Positions 44,918 to 54,654 of a stretch of DNA of 64,000 bases are shown here, piece after piece. The stretch comes from an uncultured delta proteobacterium (GTDB lineage Bacteria > Myxococcota_A > Polyangia > Polyangiales > Polyangiaceae). The position numbers and the translations under genes were made by a program. Location of the stretch: positions 480,001-544,000 of the forward strand of contig CAWDXG010000004.1 of the NCBI GenBank assembly GCA_963806225.1. Direction: 5' to 3'. The first letter of the stretch is position 1, and every line of letters starts with the position of its first letter. The notes beneath the pieces were generated by a model that saw only the letters and a list, made by a program, of their open reading frames with translations, had not been told where the DNA came from and searched no databases.

Positions 44918-45004
44918 GCTCGTCCTTCCTCGCCGGTGAAGACGCGTTCACGGCGGCGAAGCGGCGCCCGCCCGGGCGCCGCCCGCCGGAACGCTGGGGA
45001 GGGC

Positions 45005-45313
45005 CTACTTCTTGGTAGCCTGCGCGGCCTGCTCGGCGCGCCCGAGCGGCATGACCAGGTCGACGTTGACGTGGGGACGCGCGATGACGTGGGTGGTGAC
45101 CACTTCGCCCACCCGGTTGGCGCCGTTCACGCCCGCTTCCACGGCGGCTTTCACCGCCGCGACGTCGCCACGGACCACGGCGGTCACGTAGCCGCCGCCG
45201 GTCTTCTCGTACTGGACCAACTCGACGCGAGCGGCCTTGACCATGGCATCCGCCGCCTCGATCACCGCGGCAAAGGACCGGCACTCAATCATGCCCAACG
45301 CTTCCGTGCTCAT
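45005..45313 (-). CDS. BMC-H hexameric shell protein (PduA/EutM-like)
   Basis: EALGMIE, AADAMVKAA, RGDVAAVKAA, HVIARPH. Confidence 0.95.
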   Translation of the reverse strand: MSTEALGMIECRSFAAVIEAADAMVKAARVELVQYEKTGGGYVTAVVRGDVAAVKAAVEAGVNGANRVGEVVTTHVIARPHVNVDLVMPLGRAEQAAQATKK

Positions 45314-45355
45314 TCGCTCCTCCTGAACCAAACCCGAATTTCTTCAAGTCGAAAA

Positions 45356-46765
45356 TCAATACCCGGCACTTGCGCTGCCGGCTTGCTGCTCTCCGCGCAT
45401 TTCGCGGACGATCTTGATGCCCACGGAGGCGCCGATACGCGTCGCACCCGCGGCAATCATCTTCTGGGCGTCGCCGGCAGAGCGCACGCCGCCCGAGGCC
45501 TTCACTCCCAGCTTGTGGCCGACGGCCTGGGCCATCAGCGCGACGTCCTCGGACGTGGCGCCCTTGGTGGAGAACCCCGTGGAGGTCTTCACGAAGTCGG
45601 CGCGAGCCCGCGCGGCCTCTCGGCAAGCCGCGACCTTCTCGTCGTCCGTGAGCAGCGCGGTTTCGATGATCACCTTGAGCAGCGCGTTGCCTTCGTGCGC
45701 CACCTCGCGCACGAGCCGGATGTCTTCGTAGACGCCCTGGAGGTCCCGGGACTTGAGCGCGCCGATGTTGATCACCATGTCGAGCTCCTGCGCCCCATCG
45801 CGCAGCGCCCGCCGCGCCTCGAGTGCCTTGACCTCCCTGGGCGTGGCACCCAACGGAAACCCGATGACCGTGCACGTCTTCACGTCACTGCCGCGGAGCG
45901 CTAGCTGGCAGCGCCTGACGTGCACCGGATTCACGCACACCGAGGCGAAGCCGTACTGGCGGGCTTCGTCGCACAGTTGGTCGATCTCCGCGTAGGTCGC
46001 GTTGGCCCGGAGCAGCGTGTGGTCGATGTACTTGGCCAGGTCCTCGGGCACGTTCCTGACGCCGAGGCGCCCGCTGACCCGGGACGCGGGCCGACCCCGC
46101 ACCAGTGACCGCACGGCGTCCGGCGCCGACGTCGGGCACTGGTTGTCGCAGTTTTGACAGGTCTTGCAGCCGCCCGCGACCACGCCCGTGTCGAGCGTGG
46201 ACAAGAGCTCTGGACTATCGGACAGCACCCGCGTGATTTGTTGGATGAGCTGCTGCTTCTGGTCCGGTGCCGCGACCATCTTCAGGGACCTCCGGGGGCG
46301 ACCTTCGTCGAGGGCATCAATCATGGCGACGCGCCGCTTGTGGCGGAGCACTGTACACTCAACCGTGAGAAAAGTATCGACGATAGTGAGCGCCAGATCG
46401 GGCTTCAGGTAGCCCGCCCCGAGCGTGAGCACGTTGGCGTCGTTGTGCTCCCGGGCGTTATTGGCGGTGGCTTGATCGAAGGCCATGCCCGCGCGCACGC
46501 CCGGCACCTTGTTGGCCACCATGCACGAGCCGATGCCGGCCCCGTCCACCACGATGCCGCGGCGGGCACTGCCCCCGGCAACCAGCTCGGCGACCTTCCT
46601 GGCGAACACCGGGTAGTCGACCGCTTCGGTGGAGTTGGTGCCAACGTCCACCACGGCCACGCCGTGGCGCTCGAGGTGCGCCTTGATGGTCTCCTTCAAG
46701 GGATAGCCACCGTGGTCCGCACCGAGGGCGACCAGCCCGCCCCCGAGCGCGTTTTCCGGAGCCAT
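45356..46765 (-). CDS. RpiB-family sugar-phosphate isomerase fused to deoxyribose-phosphate aldolase DeoC
   Basis: [36 protein letters not shown]; then [34 protein letters not shown] in one uninterrupted frame. Confidence 0.93.
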   Translation of the reverse strand: MAPENALGGGLVALGADHGGYPLKETIKAHLERHGVAVVDVGTNSTEAVDYPVFARKVAELVAGGSARRGIVVDGAGIGSCMVANKVPGVRAGMAFDQATANNAREHNDANVLTLGAGYLKPDLALTIVDTFLTVECTVLRHKRRVAMIDALDEGRPRRSLKMVAAPDQKQQLIQQITRVLSDSPELLSTLDTGVVAGGCKTCQNCDNQCPTSAPDAVRSLVRGRPASRVSGRLGVRNVPEDLAKYIDHTLLRANATYAEIDQLCDEARQYGFASVCVNPVHVRRCQLALRGSDVKTCTVIGFPLGATPREVKALEARRALRDGAQELDMVINIGALKSRDLQGVYEDIRLVREVAHEGNALLKVIIETALLTDDEKVAACREAARARADFVKTSTGFSTKGATSEDVALMAQAVGHKLGVKASGGVRSAGDAQKMIAAGATRIGASVGIKIVREMRGEQQAGSASAGY

Positions 46766-46778
46766 CGTCAAGGCGCGG

Positions 46779-46808
46779 ACTATAGAGGCGATCGCGCCGG
46801 CATGGCAA
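46779..46808 (-). promoter_or_regulatory. sigma70-like promoter for the rpiB-deoC/BMC operon
   Basis: minus strand TTGCCA-N18-TATAGT ending 13 nt before the ATG at 46765. Confidence 0.55.
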
Positions 46809-46886
46809 TCGGCCTGGTGGCCCAAAAGCGCGGGATTCTTCCCGCGACTGTTGCTGCGCTGCGGGGGGCAGCGCGCCGCCCAGCGC

Positions 46887-48619
46887 CTACCGCCCCAGCC
46901 TCCAGTTCAAGTTGCCCGCAGTCCCCGTCACTTGCAGGCGCCCGCCGTGCAGGCCCTCCAGGTGACACCAGGTGCACAGCGCGATCACGTTCTCGTCCTC
47001 GTCGCTGCCCCCGTGTGAGCGGAACTTCACTTGGTGGGGTGTCACATCGTGGCGCGAGCACACGGGGCTGGAGCAGGTGTAGCGGTCGCGGGCGTAGATG
47101 TGGGCGTACTTCTCGCTGCGCTGGGTGAGGTGGCGCCAGGCTTTCCAGAAGGTGTCGCACAGCACGCGGACGAAGCTGGTGCCGCGCGGTAGATGTTTGT
47201 GCATCACGCCGGCGAGGGTGCGCCAGAAGCGCGCGGTGTCGCGCTCACGCCTAGATCCATGCGCACGCTCGCTGCGGACGCGCCGCGCCTAGCGGACATC
47301 TGGCTTTGTGCTTCGAGCACGGCGTCGCGGTCGCCGGAGAGCACGCGCGATTCGAGTTGATGGCTCTCCCGCACGGTCTCTTCGGTTGGCGGCGTGACCC
47401 GTCCGCCGAAGTCGCGCGAGAGCTCGGCTGCGCGCACCTCTTCTTCGAGCTGCTTCACGGTGCGGGCGCGCGCCCGCTGGACCCAGACTTCGGCTGTCTC
47501 CGCGGTGGCGACGCGCGAAACCAACAGCGCGGACTCGTAGCCGATCTCGCCTGCGCCCAGTGCCTGCCGGACCCGCGCACACCAGCGGCGCGCTAGCGCG
47601 ACCTTGGCCTTGAAGCTCGATGGCGAGATACCGAGGCGCTCGCGCACGTGCTGCGACTCGGTGGCGTAGCCGAGACGACGCCAGCCTTCGGCTTCATGGA
47701 ACGCTAGTGCGGTACGCCCTAGCTCCACCTCGCGCTGACCGAGCTCCCGCGAAAGCTGACGGATGCGCGCATCCAGCGCCTGCAGGCTCCCGGGTAGCTC
47801 GAACACGGCCGCAACTCGTCTCCCCCCGGGACCGCGCTCGGTGAAGTTCTCCTCGCAGCGCTGCTCGGACTCATCACGCCAGGCGTCGAGCTGCTGTCGC
47901 CATCTGTTCTGTGCGTCGGCCTCGCTGTCGCTCTGGTCGAAGGCCTCCAGATCGTTTGCCGGCAGCCCGTGCGAGAGCGAGCTGTAGCTCTCCGAGAGCA
48001 GCGCGTGCACGAAGCCGCCGGTCGTGTGCTCGCCGAGGGCGTGCTCGGCGAAGCGCCGCGTCCACTGCCAGAGCCAGATGTCCGCCGCGCTCATCGTCAC
48101 GCCGAGCGTCACCTTGTCGATGGCGCCGGGCTCGGCGGGAGCGGGCGACAAACCCGCACAGGCCACCCCCTTCAACTCGGCCAGATGCGCCCGCATCCTG
48201 CGCACGGTCGAGCCGAGTGCCAGGCCCGTCAGCGTGGCGTCTGTCTCCGGCGTTGCATGGCGCGCGACGAGCTCCGCCATGCACCAGCCGATCGCGCCAC
48301 CCGACAGCGCTGCGCGGAGCTGCGGCAGCTTTGCCACGCGGAATGCAAATAGACGCGACTCGTTCGCCCAACGAGCACTCCGCCCGCAGCGCTCGCGAGC
48401 GTACGCGCCCAATGACGAGAACCCGAGCTCGTGATGCCCGCTTCGCTGCACCTGCAGCTCGAGCAGCTCACCCAGCATCAGCCGCGTCCGGCTCTCGCCG
48501 CGCACCAGCTCGGCCAGCCGCGCGTCGAGTCGCACCACCTCATCCGGCGGAGCCGCACGCGCGCCCCACACCCCCGCACCGGATGCCCGCGCCAAGGCGA
48601 CACCACCCCCGGAAAACAT
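46887..48619 (-). CDS. DUF222-like duplicated-domain protein with C-terminal HNH domain, frameshift near 47250
   Basis: two similar blocks ([20 protein letters not shown] and [20 protein letters not shown]); [37 protein letters not shown]. Confidence 0.8.
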
Positions 48620-48637
48620 ACACCCAGCCTAGTGATA

Positions 48638-48654
48638 GCTGAATACATGTCCAG
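48638..48654 (-). promoter_or_regulatory. LexA/SOS-box-like site upstream of the HNH gene
   Basis: minus strand CTGGACATGTATTCAGC (CTG-N10-CAG); 15/17 match to the Myxococcus LexA consensus CTRHAMRYBYGTTCAGS as recalled from memory. Confidence 0.5.
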
Positions 48655-49012
48655 TAGTTCGTGAAGGAATATCGAGTCCGGCGCGGCGCGCGTCCAACGT
48701 GTCCGTTTCCAGCAGGTCCTGGCACCGATGCCGCGTGGTGGGACCTCCGCAACGCTGCGGCGGCTGCGTGGTGTGTCCCGGCCTCGAGCTCGCGGTGGTG
48801 CGGCTGGCCGCCAGCGCTGTGCCCGGTCGTGCCGAAGTGTGCGCCGATGCGAGAGCGCACGAAGGCGTGCCCCTCCAAGGCCGTTCGACCAGGGGCGGGT
48901 CCGCGACGGACACGCCGACGCAGAAGAGTTCGACCATTCGAGGGGTCTCGATCGTTTCCAGGTTACGGCTCTGACAATTTCGACAGATTCCTGTTCAATA
49001 GATTCCTGTTCG

Positions 49013-49558
49013 ATGACCGGAAAGAACTCGGGGGGGAATTGGCTCGCGGATTTCCATGCGGGCACGCCCGGCGCGCTCGAGGACTTCTACCGGGTTTACT
49101 ACCCGACCGTCGATCGGGCGGTGGGGCGGATCATCGACGGAGCCGACCGCGAGACAGTGGTCCACGAGGTGTTCCTGCGCGTGCTGTCCAGCGCCGAGTT
49201 CCGGCAGGGGCTGCGCGGCGGATCGCCAGCGGCGTGGATCGGGACGGTCGCGCGCAACCAGGCCATCGACTACCGGCGCCGGCGCGGGCGGGAGATCCCG
49301 CAGGCCGAGCCGAGCGGTCGTCTGGACGGCGACGACTCCCGCGAAGAGGCTGCCACGGTAGCTCGTCTGCTGGTCGAGCGCTTCCGGTCCGAGGTGTTGC
49401 CGGAAAAGTGGGCGCCCGTGTTCGACGCGTGCTTCGTCGGTGAGCTGACGCAGCGTCAAGCCGCCGACATGCTCGGCATGTCGCGCACCACGCTCCTCTA
49501 CCAGCAGCACCGCATCCGCGCGCTGCTGCGCGCATTCCTGCTGGAGGAGGACGCATGA
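49013..49558 (+). CDS. ECF-type RNA polymerase sigma factor
   Basis: ETVVHEVFLRV, WIGTVARNQAIDYRRR, LTQRQAADMLGMSRTT. Confidence 0.88.
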   Translation: MTGKNSGGNWLADFHAGTPGALEDFYRVYYPTVDRAVGRIIDGADRETVVHEVFLRVLSSAEFRQGLRGGSPAAWIGTVARNQAIDYRRRRGREIPQAEPSGRLDGDDSREEAATVARLLVERFRSEVLPEKWAPVFDACFVGELTQRQAADMLGMSRTTLLYQQHRIRALLRAFLLEEDA

Positions 49559-50279
49559 CGCGCTGCAAGGAGCGGCGGCTAGTCGACCGCCATTTCGAGC
49601 TCCGCCTGGACGCGGCCGGCGAGCGCCGGTTGCGGGAGCACCTGTCAGACTGCGCGGCATGCCGCCGCTACTACGAGCGCTGGCAGCTCTTCGAGAAGCT
49701 CGACCCCGCGCGCGCAGCGATCCGCAGGAGCGGCTCGCCTTCGCGCTCGGGTTCCGGCGCAGCGCGATGCGCCGCTGGCGCCGGCCCGCGTGGGCACTGC
49801 CGGCAGCGCTTGTCGCCGCCGCAGCGTGCGTCGCACTACTGGTCATGCGTCCGCGCCCGGCCCCGGAGTTCCAGGCGCGCGGAATCGTGGCCGAGCCGCG
49901 CATCTCCGCGTATCGCGTCTTGCCGAACGGCAAGTCGTCGGTGCTCGGCGACTCGATGCGCGCGAATGACGAGCTGGCATTCGCGTACGACAACACGCGC
50001 CGCGCGACGCGCTTGATGATCTTCGGAGTCGACGACCGTCAGCACGTGTATTGGTATTTCCCCGCGTGGGTCGACCCGGCGAAGTCGCCTGTGGCAGTCT
50101 CGATCACCGTGGGGCGACACGAGCTGCCGGAAGCGGTCGCGCAGCATCTCGAAGTGGGGACGCTGACGCTGTACGCGGTGTTCACCGACAAGGCGACCAC
50201 GGTGCGCGACGTGGAGGGCTCGCTCGGTCGCTACACCAAGGCCGCGGCCTGGTCGAAGCGCGTACGGGTGACGCCATGA
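49555..50279 (+). CDS. zinc-finger (zf-HC2) anti-sigma factor with TM and extracytoplasmic domain, frameshift near 49715
   Basis: LREHLSDCAAC; TM WALPAALVAAAACVALLV followed by FQARG and a beta-rich domain; overlaps the sigma stop codon (ATGA). Confidence 0.8.
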
Positions 50280-52285
50280 GAGCGCTGTTCGCCGCTGCCC
50301 TCGCGCTGTTGCTCGCGGCCTGCACGGGCGATCTGCCGCTGGACAATCGCCCCTGCCCCTGCACCGCCGGCTACACCTGCTGCGAGCTCACGAACACCTG
50401 CCTGAAGTCCGGCGCGAAGTGCGGACCGTCGGAGCTGGTGCACCTGCTCGGCGCGCCCGGCGGCACGGGCACGATCGATGGCACCGGTGAGGTAGCCCGC
50501 CTGGCGAATCCCACGAGCATCGTCGGCGACGACAGCTTCCTGTACGTCAGCGTATCGGGCGGGTACTGGTTCTACCCACCAGATGGCGGCGCAGAAGACT
50601 GGCCTCTGTACCTTTGTCGCCAGGACTATTGTCCGGACACCTATGACCCCGCTACTGCGCCTCCTCTCGTCGGTCCATGCATGACGGAACACTGTCCGGG
50701 CCTTTTCGCCCCGGGCGTCCGGCGGATCTCCCGCAAGACCGGGGACGTGACCTGGCTGGTCGAGAGCCACTACATTGGCTCGCTTGCGCTCGTACGATCC
50801 GTCCTTGTCGGCGCCCTCGATGACGATTTGGCGCCGGCCTGGACCCCGGCAGCGGATTGGGTATCCCCTACTCCGCGCGTCATCGTCGAGATCGATCGCA
50901 ACAGCGGCAAGCTCACCCCTCTAGCGGGAGCGAATGCGAGGGACGAGCCACGGGACGGCGTGGGAAAGGAGGCGCGATTCGGTCACATCTACGGCATGGT
51001 GGGCAACGTCGATGCAGTCTACGTCACCGACGGCTCGCTGCTGCGAAGACTCAATCTGTCCACTGCTGCGGTGACCACGCTGATGGGCCCGGCAAGCTGG
51101 AGCGGCAAGCCGCTCACAACCACAGCGAACGGCAAGTTGGGCGCGATCATGTTGCACAACGACCAGCTCTACGTGGTCGACACCGAGAACTCGGAGCAGT
51201 CGTCCGGCGGGCAGTCGCAACAGACCGTCTGGCGGTACGACCTTGCCACCGGAAAGGTAGCCAAGTTGGGCCTGGGTCCCCCCGGGATCACGGGGCTCTG
51301 CTCCAACCCGGTTTCCGGGCACTACGAGTACCTTGCCGGGAACAGCCTAGGCGTCTGGTGCGCTTCCGACGGTTCGGTCTACATCGCAGACACGCGTGAC
51401 AGCGAGATCGAGGAGATACCCCCCTACGACACGCGGAGGACGCTTGCTGGAGCTGCCGCAGGCCAGGGGACGGACAGCGCGGGGCCGTACATGCGCTTGC
51501 CCGAGCCCAGAGCACTGAGCAGCAACGCGGCCGGAGACATCGCAGTATTCCCTCTGCTGGCGATCGTCCGGGCAGACGATCCGTCCACGGTTGAACGGTA
51601 CCAGGTTCCGGCCAACGGTCCCTTAGCAGACCCCAGCGTGTCGTGGTCGATCGCGATGGGGTCGGACAACAAGCTCTACTACGCGAACGGCCTCGCGGAG
51701 ATCGACGAGCTGGATCTCGCTACCGGTGCCGTGTCGCTTGTCGTCGGCGCTCCAGAGCTTGGCGATCTCGATGTGAACGACCTCGCATACGACGACGTGG
51801 GCTCGCTCTACTACTCGGGCTACTTTGGTTGGCGCTGGGGCTTGTGGCGCGTCGAGCCGTCGAACGGCAAGACCGAGCTGATACCGGAGGGCAGTAGGTT
51901 CAGCCTGATCGCCGTAGACGGGACGCGGCAGATCTTTGGCGCGTCTAGAAACGATGCGGGTGAGTGGAGGCTTGGACGCCTGGATCTCTCCACGCTCGAG
52001 CTGACATGGCTTCCGACTCCGCCCGACGGCTGGGAGCCCAGCGCTCTGGCGTACGACCCCTCCGGTATCCTCTACGTCGCGGAGGAGTTCCGCCAGCGCG
52101 TCCGCGGGCTCGTTTTGGCCACGGGTGAGGTGTTCGACCTTGTGGGCAAGCCTGGCGAGAGGGGCCTGCGCACCGGGCCGCTGGCGACGGCGCGCTTGAA
52201 CGTTCCCACGGCGCTCGCGATCCTGCCGAACGGCGCCCTCGCGATCGCGGACGGAGTCGAGAACACCGTGGTGGTGGTCCGATGA
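50276..52285 (+). CDS. lipoprotein with Cys-rich N-terminus and NHL/beta-propeller repeats
   Basis: lipobox LAAC; CPCTAGYTCC; DGTGEVARLANP, DGVGKEARF, ARLNVPTALA. Confidence 0.75.
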   Translation: MRALFAAALALLLAACTGDLPLDNRPCPCTAGYTCCELTNTCLKSGAKCGPSELVHLLGAPGGTGTIDGTGEVARLANPTSIVGDDSFLYVSVSGGYWFYPPDGGAEDWPLYLCRQDYCPDTYDPATAPPLVGPCMTEHCPGLFAPGVRRISRKTGDVTWLVESHYIGSLALVRSVLVGALDDDLAPAWTPAADWVSPTPRVIVEIDRNSGKLTPLAGANARDEPRDGVGKEARFGHIYGMVGNVDAVYVTDGSLLRRLNLSTAAVTTLMGPASWSGKPLTTTANGKLGAIMLHNDQLYVVDTENSEQSSGGQSQQTVWRYDLATGKVAKLGLGPPGITGLCSNPVSGHYEYLAGNSLGVWCASDGSVYIADTRDSEIEEIPPYDTRRTLAGAAAGQGTDSAGPYMRLPEPRALSSNAAGDIAVFPLLAIVRADDPSTVERYQVPANGPLADPSVSWSIAMGSDNKLYYANGLAEIDELDLATGAVSLVVGAPELGDLDVNDLAYDDVGSLYYSGYFGWRWGLWRVEPSNGKTELIPEGSRFSLIAVDGTRQIFGASRNDAGEWRLGRLDLSTLELTWLPTPPDGWEPSALAYDPSGILYVAEEFRQRVRGLVLATGEVFDLVGKPGERGLRTGPLATARLNVPTALAILPNGALAIADGVENTVVVVR

Positions 52286-53838
52286 CGCGCTGGGGTGTGC
52301 TGTTCGCGGCGGCGCTGCTCTTCGCGGTCCGGCCCGCGCACGCGGCGCCGGGCCACGCGGCGTTTGCCGTCGTCATCGGCGTGAACCACGCGGTGGATCG
52401 GGATCTCCCTACGCTGCGCTACGCGGACGATGATGCTGTCGCCTACGCCCATCTGTTCCGTCTGCTCGGCGCGCGCAGCTATGTCCTGGCGCGCCTGGAC
52501 GCGAACACGCTGCGGCTGCATCCCGCGGCTGCGAAAGCGACCCTGCCGCCGACGCGGGCCTCGCTGGCAAAGGTGGAGAAGCAACTCGCGAGCGAGGTCC
52601 AGAACGCGAAGCGGCACGGGCAATCCACGACGCTCTACCTCGTGTACGCCGGGCACGGAGCCGTCCACCACGGAAAGGCCTACGTCCTTCTCGAAGACGA
52701 CCGGCTCGATGCGGCGCGGCTCTCCGCGTTCATCAAGCAGGTCGGCGTGGATCGCGCGCACGTCATTGTCGACGCTTGTGATTCGGGTCTACTGGCGGCG
52801 AGCCGCGGGCCCGGCGGGCGGCGCCGGCCCTACGCCGGCTTCAGTCACATGGGGCCGCTGTTCGACAGTCATCGCGTGGGCCTCCTGCTCTCCACATCAT
52901 CGGGTCGCGAGAGCCACGAATGGGAAGCGTACCAGGCCGGCGTGTTCAGCCACGAGGTGCGCTCGGGCCTGTACGGCGCGGCGGACGCCAACCACGACGG
53001 TCGCGTCACGTACCGCGAGATCGCCGCGTTCGTCAGCCGCGCCAATGCGGCGATCCCGAACGAACGCTTCCGTCCCGACGTGTTCGCGCGGCCGCCGGCT
53101 GGCTCGGACAACCTCATCGACCTGCGCCCAGCCATAGCGCGCCGGATCCACATCGGACATGCCAGGAGCGCGCACTGGGTGCTCGAGAACGCCGAAGGCG
53201 TGCGGCTTGCGGATTTCCACCCGCCTCCCGACGGCAATGTCAGCGTGCTCCGCCCGGACGATGGCGAGCTGTTCCTGCAACGCGTGGGCGCGGCCGGCAA
53301 CGGCGTCGAGAAGGAGTACGCGATCCCGGCGGGACGCGCTGCGGTGGACCTCGATGACCTCCAGCCTGAACGGCCACGGGTCGCAATGCGCGGCGCTGCC
53401 AACGAAGCACTTCGTCTGCTGTTCACGCTGCCGTTCGGCGAGGCCGATGTGAAGAGCTACCGCTTTCCGCCGCCCGCGCCCTGCGCGCCCGTGGCCGATG
53501 CGCCGGATCGAGCGCCACAGCAGGCCGCGTGGCGCAAGCCCACGGGGACCGTCCTGCTCGGCGTGGGCGCGGCCGCGGCGGTGACCGGCGGCGCTCTGCT
53601 CCTGTCCGCCGCGAACACCCGCTCCGGAGCGGGCACGCTTTCGCAGCGCGACATCGCCGAGGAGAACGCGCGCATCGCCGATCGAAACCTCGGCGCGAAG
53701 ATCTCGTTCGGGGTGGCGGGCGCCGCGGTCGTCTCGGGGCTCGCCGTGCTGCTCTGGCCCTCGAGCTCGGGCACGATCTCAGCGAGCGTCCAGCCGGGCG
53801 GCGCGGAGATCACCTACGCGCGCCCGCTCGCGTTCTGA
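52282..53838 (+). CDS. exported caspase-like (peptidase C14) protein with C-terminal hydrophobic segments
   Basis: signal peptide ending AHA; LRYADDDA, YAGHG, VDACDSG dyad, GVFSHEVRSGLYGAADANHDG. Confidence 0.85.
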   Translation: MTRWGVLFAAALLFAVRPAHAAPGHAAFAVVIGVNHAVDRDLPTLRYADDDAVAYAHLFRLLGARSYVLARLDANTLRLHPAAAKATLPPTRASLAKVEKQLASEVQNAKRHGQSTTLYLVYAGHGAVHHGKAYVLLEDDRLDAARLSAFIKQVGVDRAHVIVDACDSGLLAASRGPGGRRRPYAGFSHMGPLFDSHRVGLLLSTSSGRESHEWEAYQAGVFSHEVRSGLYGAADANHDGRVTYREIAAFVSRANAAIPNERFRPDVFARPPAGSDNLIDLRPAIARRIHIGHARSAHWVLENAEGVRLADFHPPPDGNVSVLRPDDGELFLQRVGAAGNGVEKEYAIPAGRAAVDLDDLQPERPRVAMRGAANEALRLLFTLPFGEADVKSYRFPPPAPCAPVADAPDRAPQQAAWRKPTGTVLLGVGAAAAVTGGALLLSAANTRSGAGTLSQRDIAEENARIADRNLGAKISFGVAGAAVVSGLAVLLWPSSSGTISASVQPGGAEITYARPLAF

Positions 53839-53857
53839 CCCGCGGCGCTCGAGCCAG

Positions 53858-54622
53858 CTAGCGCCGTGCCCCTGTTCGCGCGATCGCAGTGAACGCGCCT
53901 GCGTCCAGGCTGGCTCCGCCGACCAGCGCGCCGTCGATGTCCGCGCAGCCGAGCAGCGCCGCGGCGTTTCCGGCGTTGACGCTGCCGCCATACTGGATGC
54001 GCAATACGCCGGCGAAGGTCGCGCCGAAGTGCTTCCCGATGTGCGAGCGCACGAAGGCGTGCGTCTCTTGCGCCTGCTCGGGGGTTGCGGTCACGCCCGT
54101 GCCGATCGCCCACACCGGCTCGTAGGCGATCACCAGCTTCGACAGCGCTGCCGCAGAGTGCGCGCCGAGCGCCGTGTCCAGCTGCCTTGCCAGCACCGAC
54201 TCGGTGGTTCCGCTCTGGCGCTCTGCCAGCGTTTCTCCCACGCACAAGACCGGTGCGAGCCCGGCGCCGAGCACTGCGCCGAGCTTCTCTGCGACGCGCG
54301 CGTCGGAGTCGCCGAACCACGCGCGCCGCTCCGAGTGACCCACCAGCACCCGCGTGCAGCCCATGCTCGCGAGCATCTCCGCCGACACGCCGCTGGTGTA
54401 GGCGCCGCGCGGCAGCGGATGCACGTCCTGTGCGCCGACTTCGAGGGCCGAGTCGCGGAACACGCGCCGGCAGAGGTCGATGAACACGAACGGCGGGAAC
54501 ACCACCACCTGGCTGCCGCGGTGCGAGCCGAGCTGATTGCGCAGCTCCCGCGCCAGGCGCTCCGCCGCCGGCAGCGTCGGGTTCATCTTCCAGTTGCCAC
54601 CGATGACGGGGGTGCGGGTCAT
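53858..54622 (-). CDS. tpiA: triosephosphate isomerase
   Basis: GNWKMN, GHSERR, AYEPVWAIGTG, YGGSV, LVGGASL. Confidence 0.95.
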   Translation of the reverse strand: MTRTPVIGGNWKMNPTLPAAERLARELRNQLGSHRGSQVVVFPPFVFIDLCRRVFRDSALEVGAQDVHPLPRGAYTSGVSAEMLASMGCTRVLVGHSERRAWFGDSDARVAEKLGAVLGAGLAPVLCVGETLAERQSGTTESVLARQLDTALGAHSAAALSKLVIAYEPVWAIGTGVTATPEQAQETHAFVRSHIGKHFGATFAGVLRIQYGGSVNAGNAAALLGCADIDGALVGGASLDAGAFTAIARTGARR

Positions 54623-54654
54623 GAGCCAGGGGATCCGGTTACCGCGAGGCGGCG

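Noticed and set aside
41308..45313. Carboxysome, Pdu or Eut microcompartment
   Set aside because: No RuBisCO, diol dehydratase, ethanolamine ammonia-lyase or glycyl-radical enzyme; the signature enzymes are RpiB/DeoC.
46887..48619. Cas9/IscB/TnpB-like RNA-guided nuclease
   Set aside because: No RuvC motifs or adjacent array seen; the architecture fits DUF222-like plus HNH.
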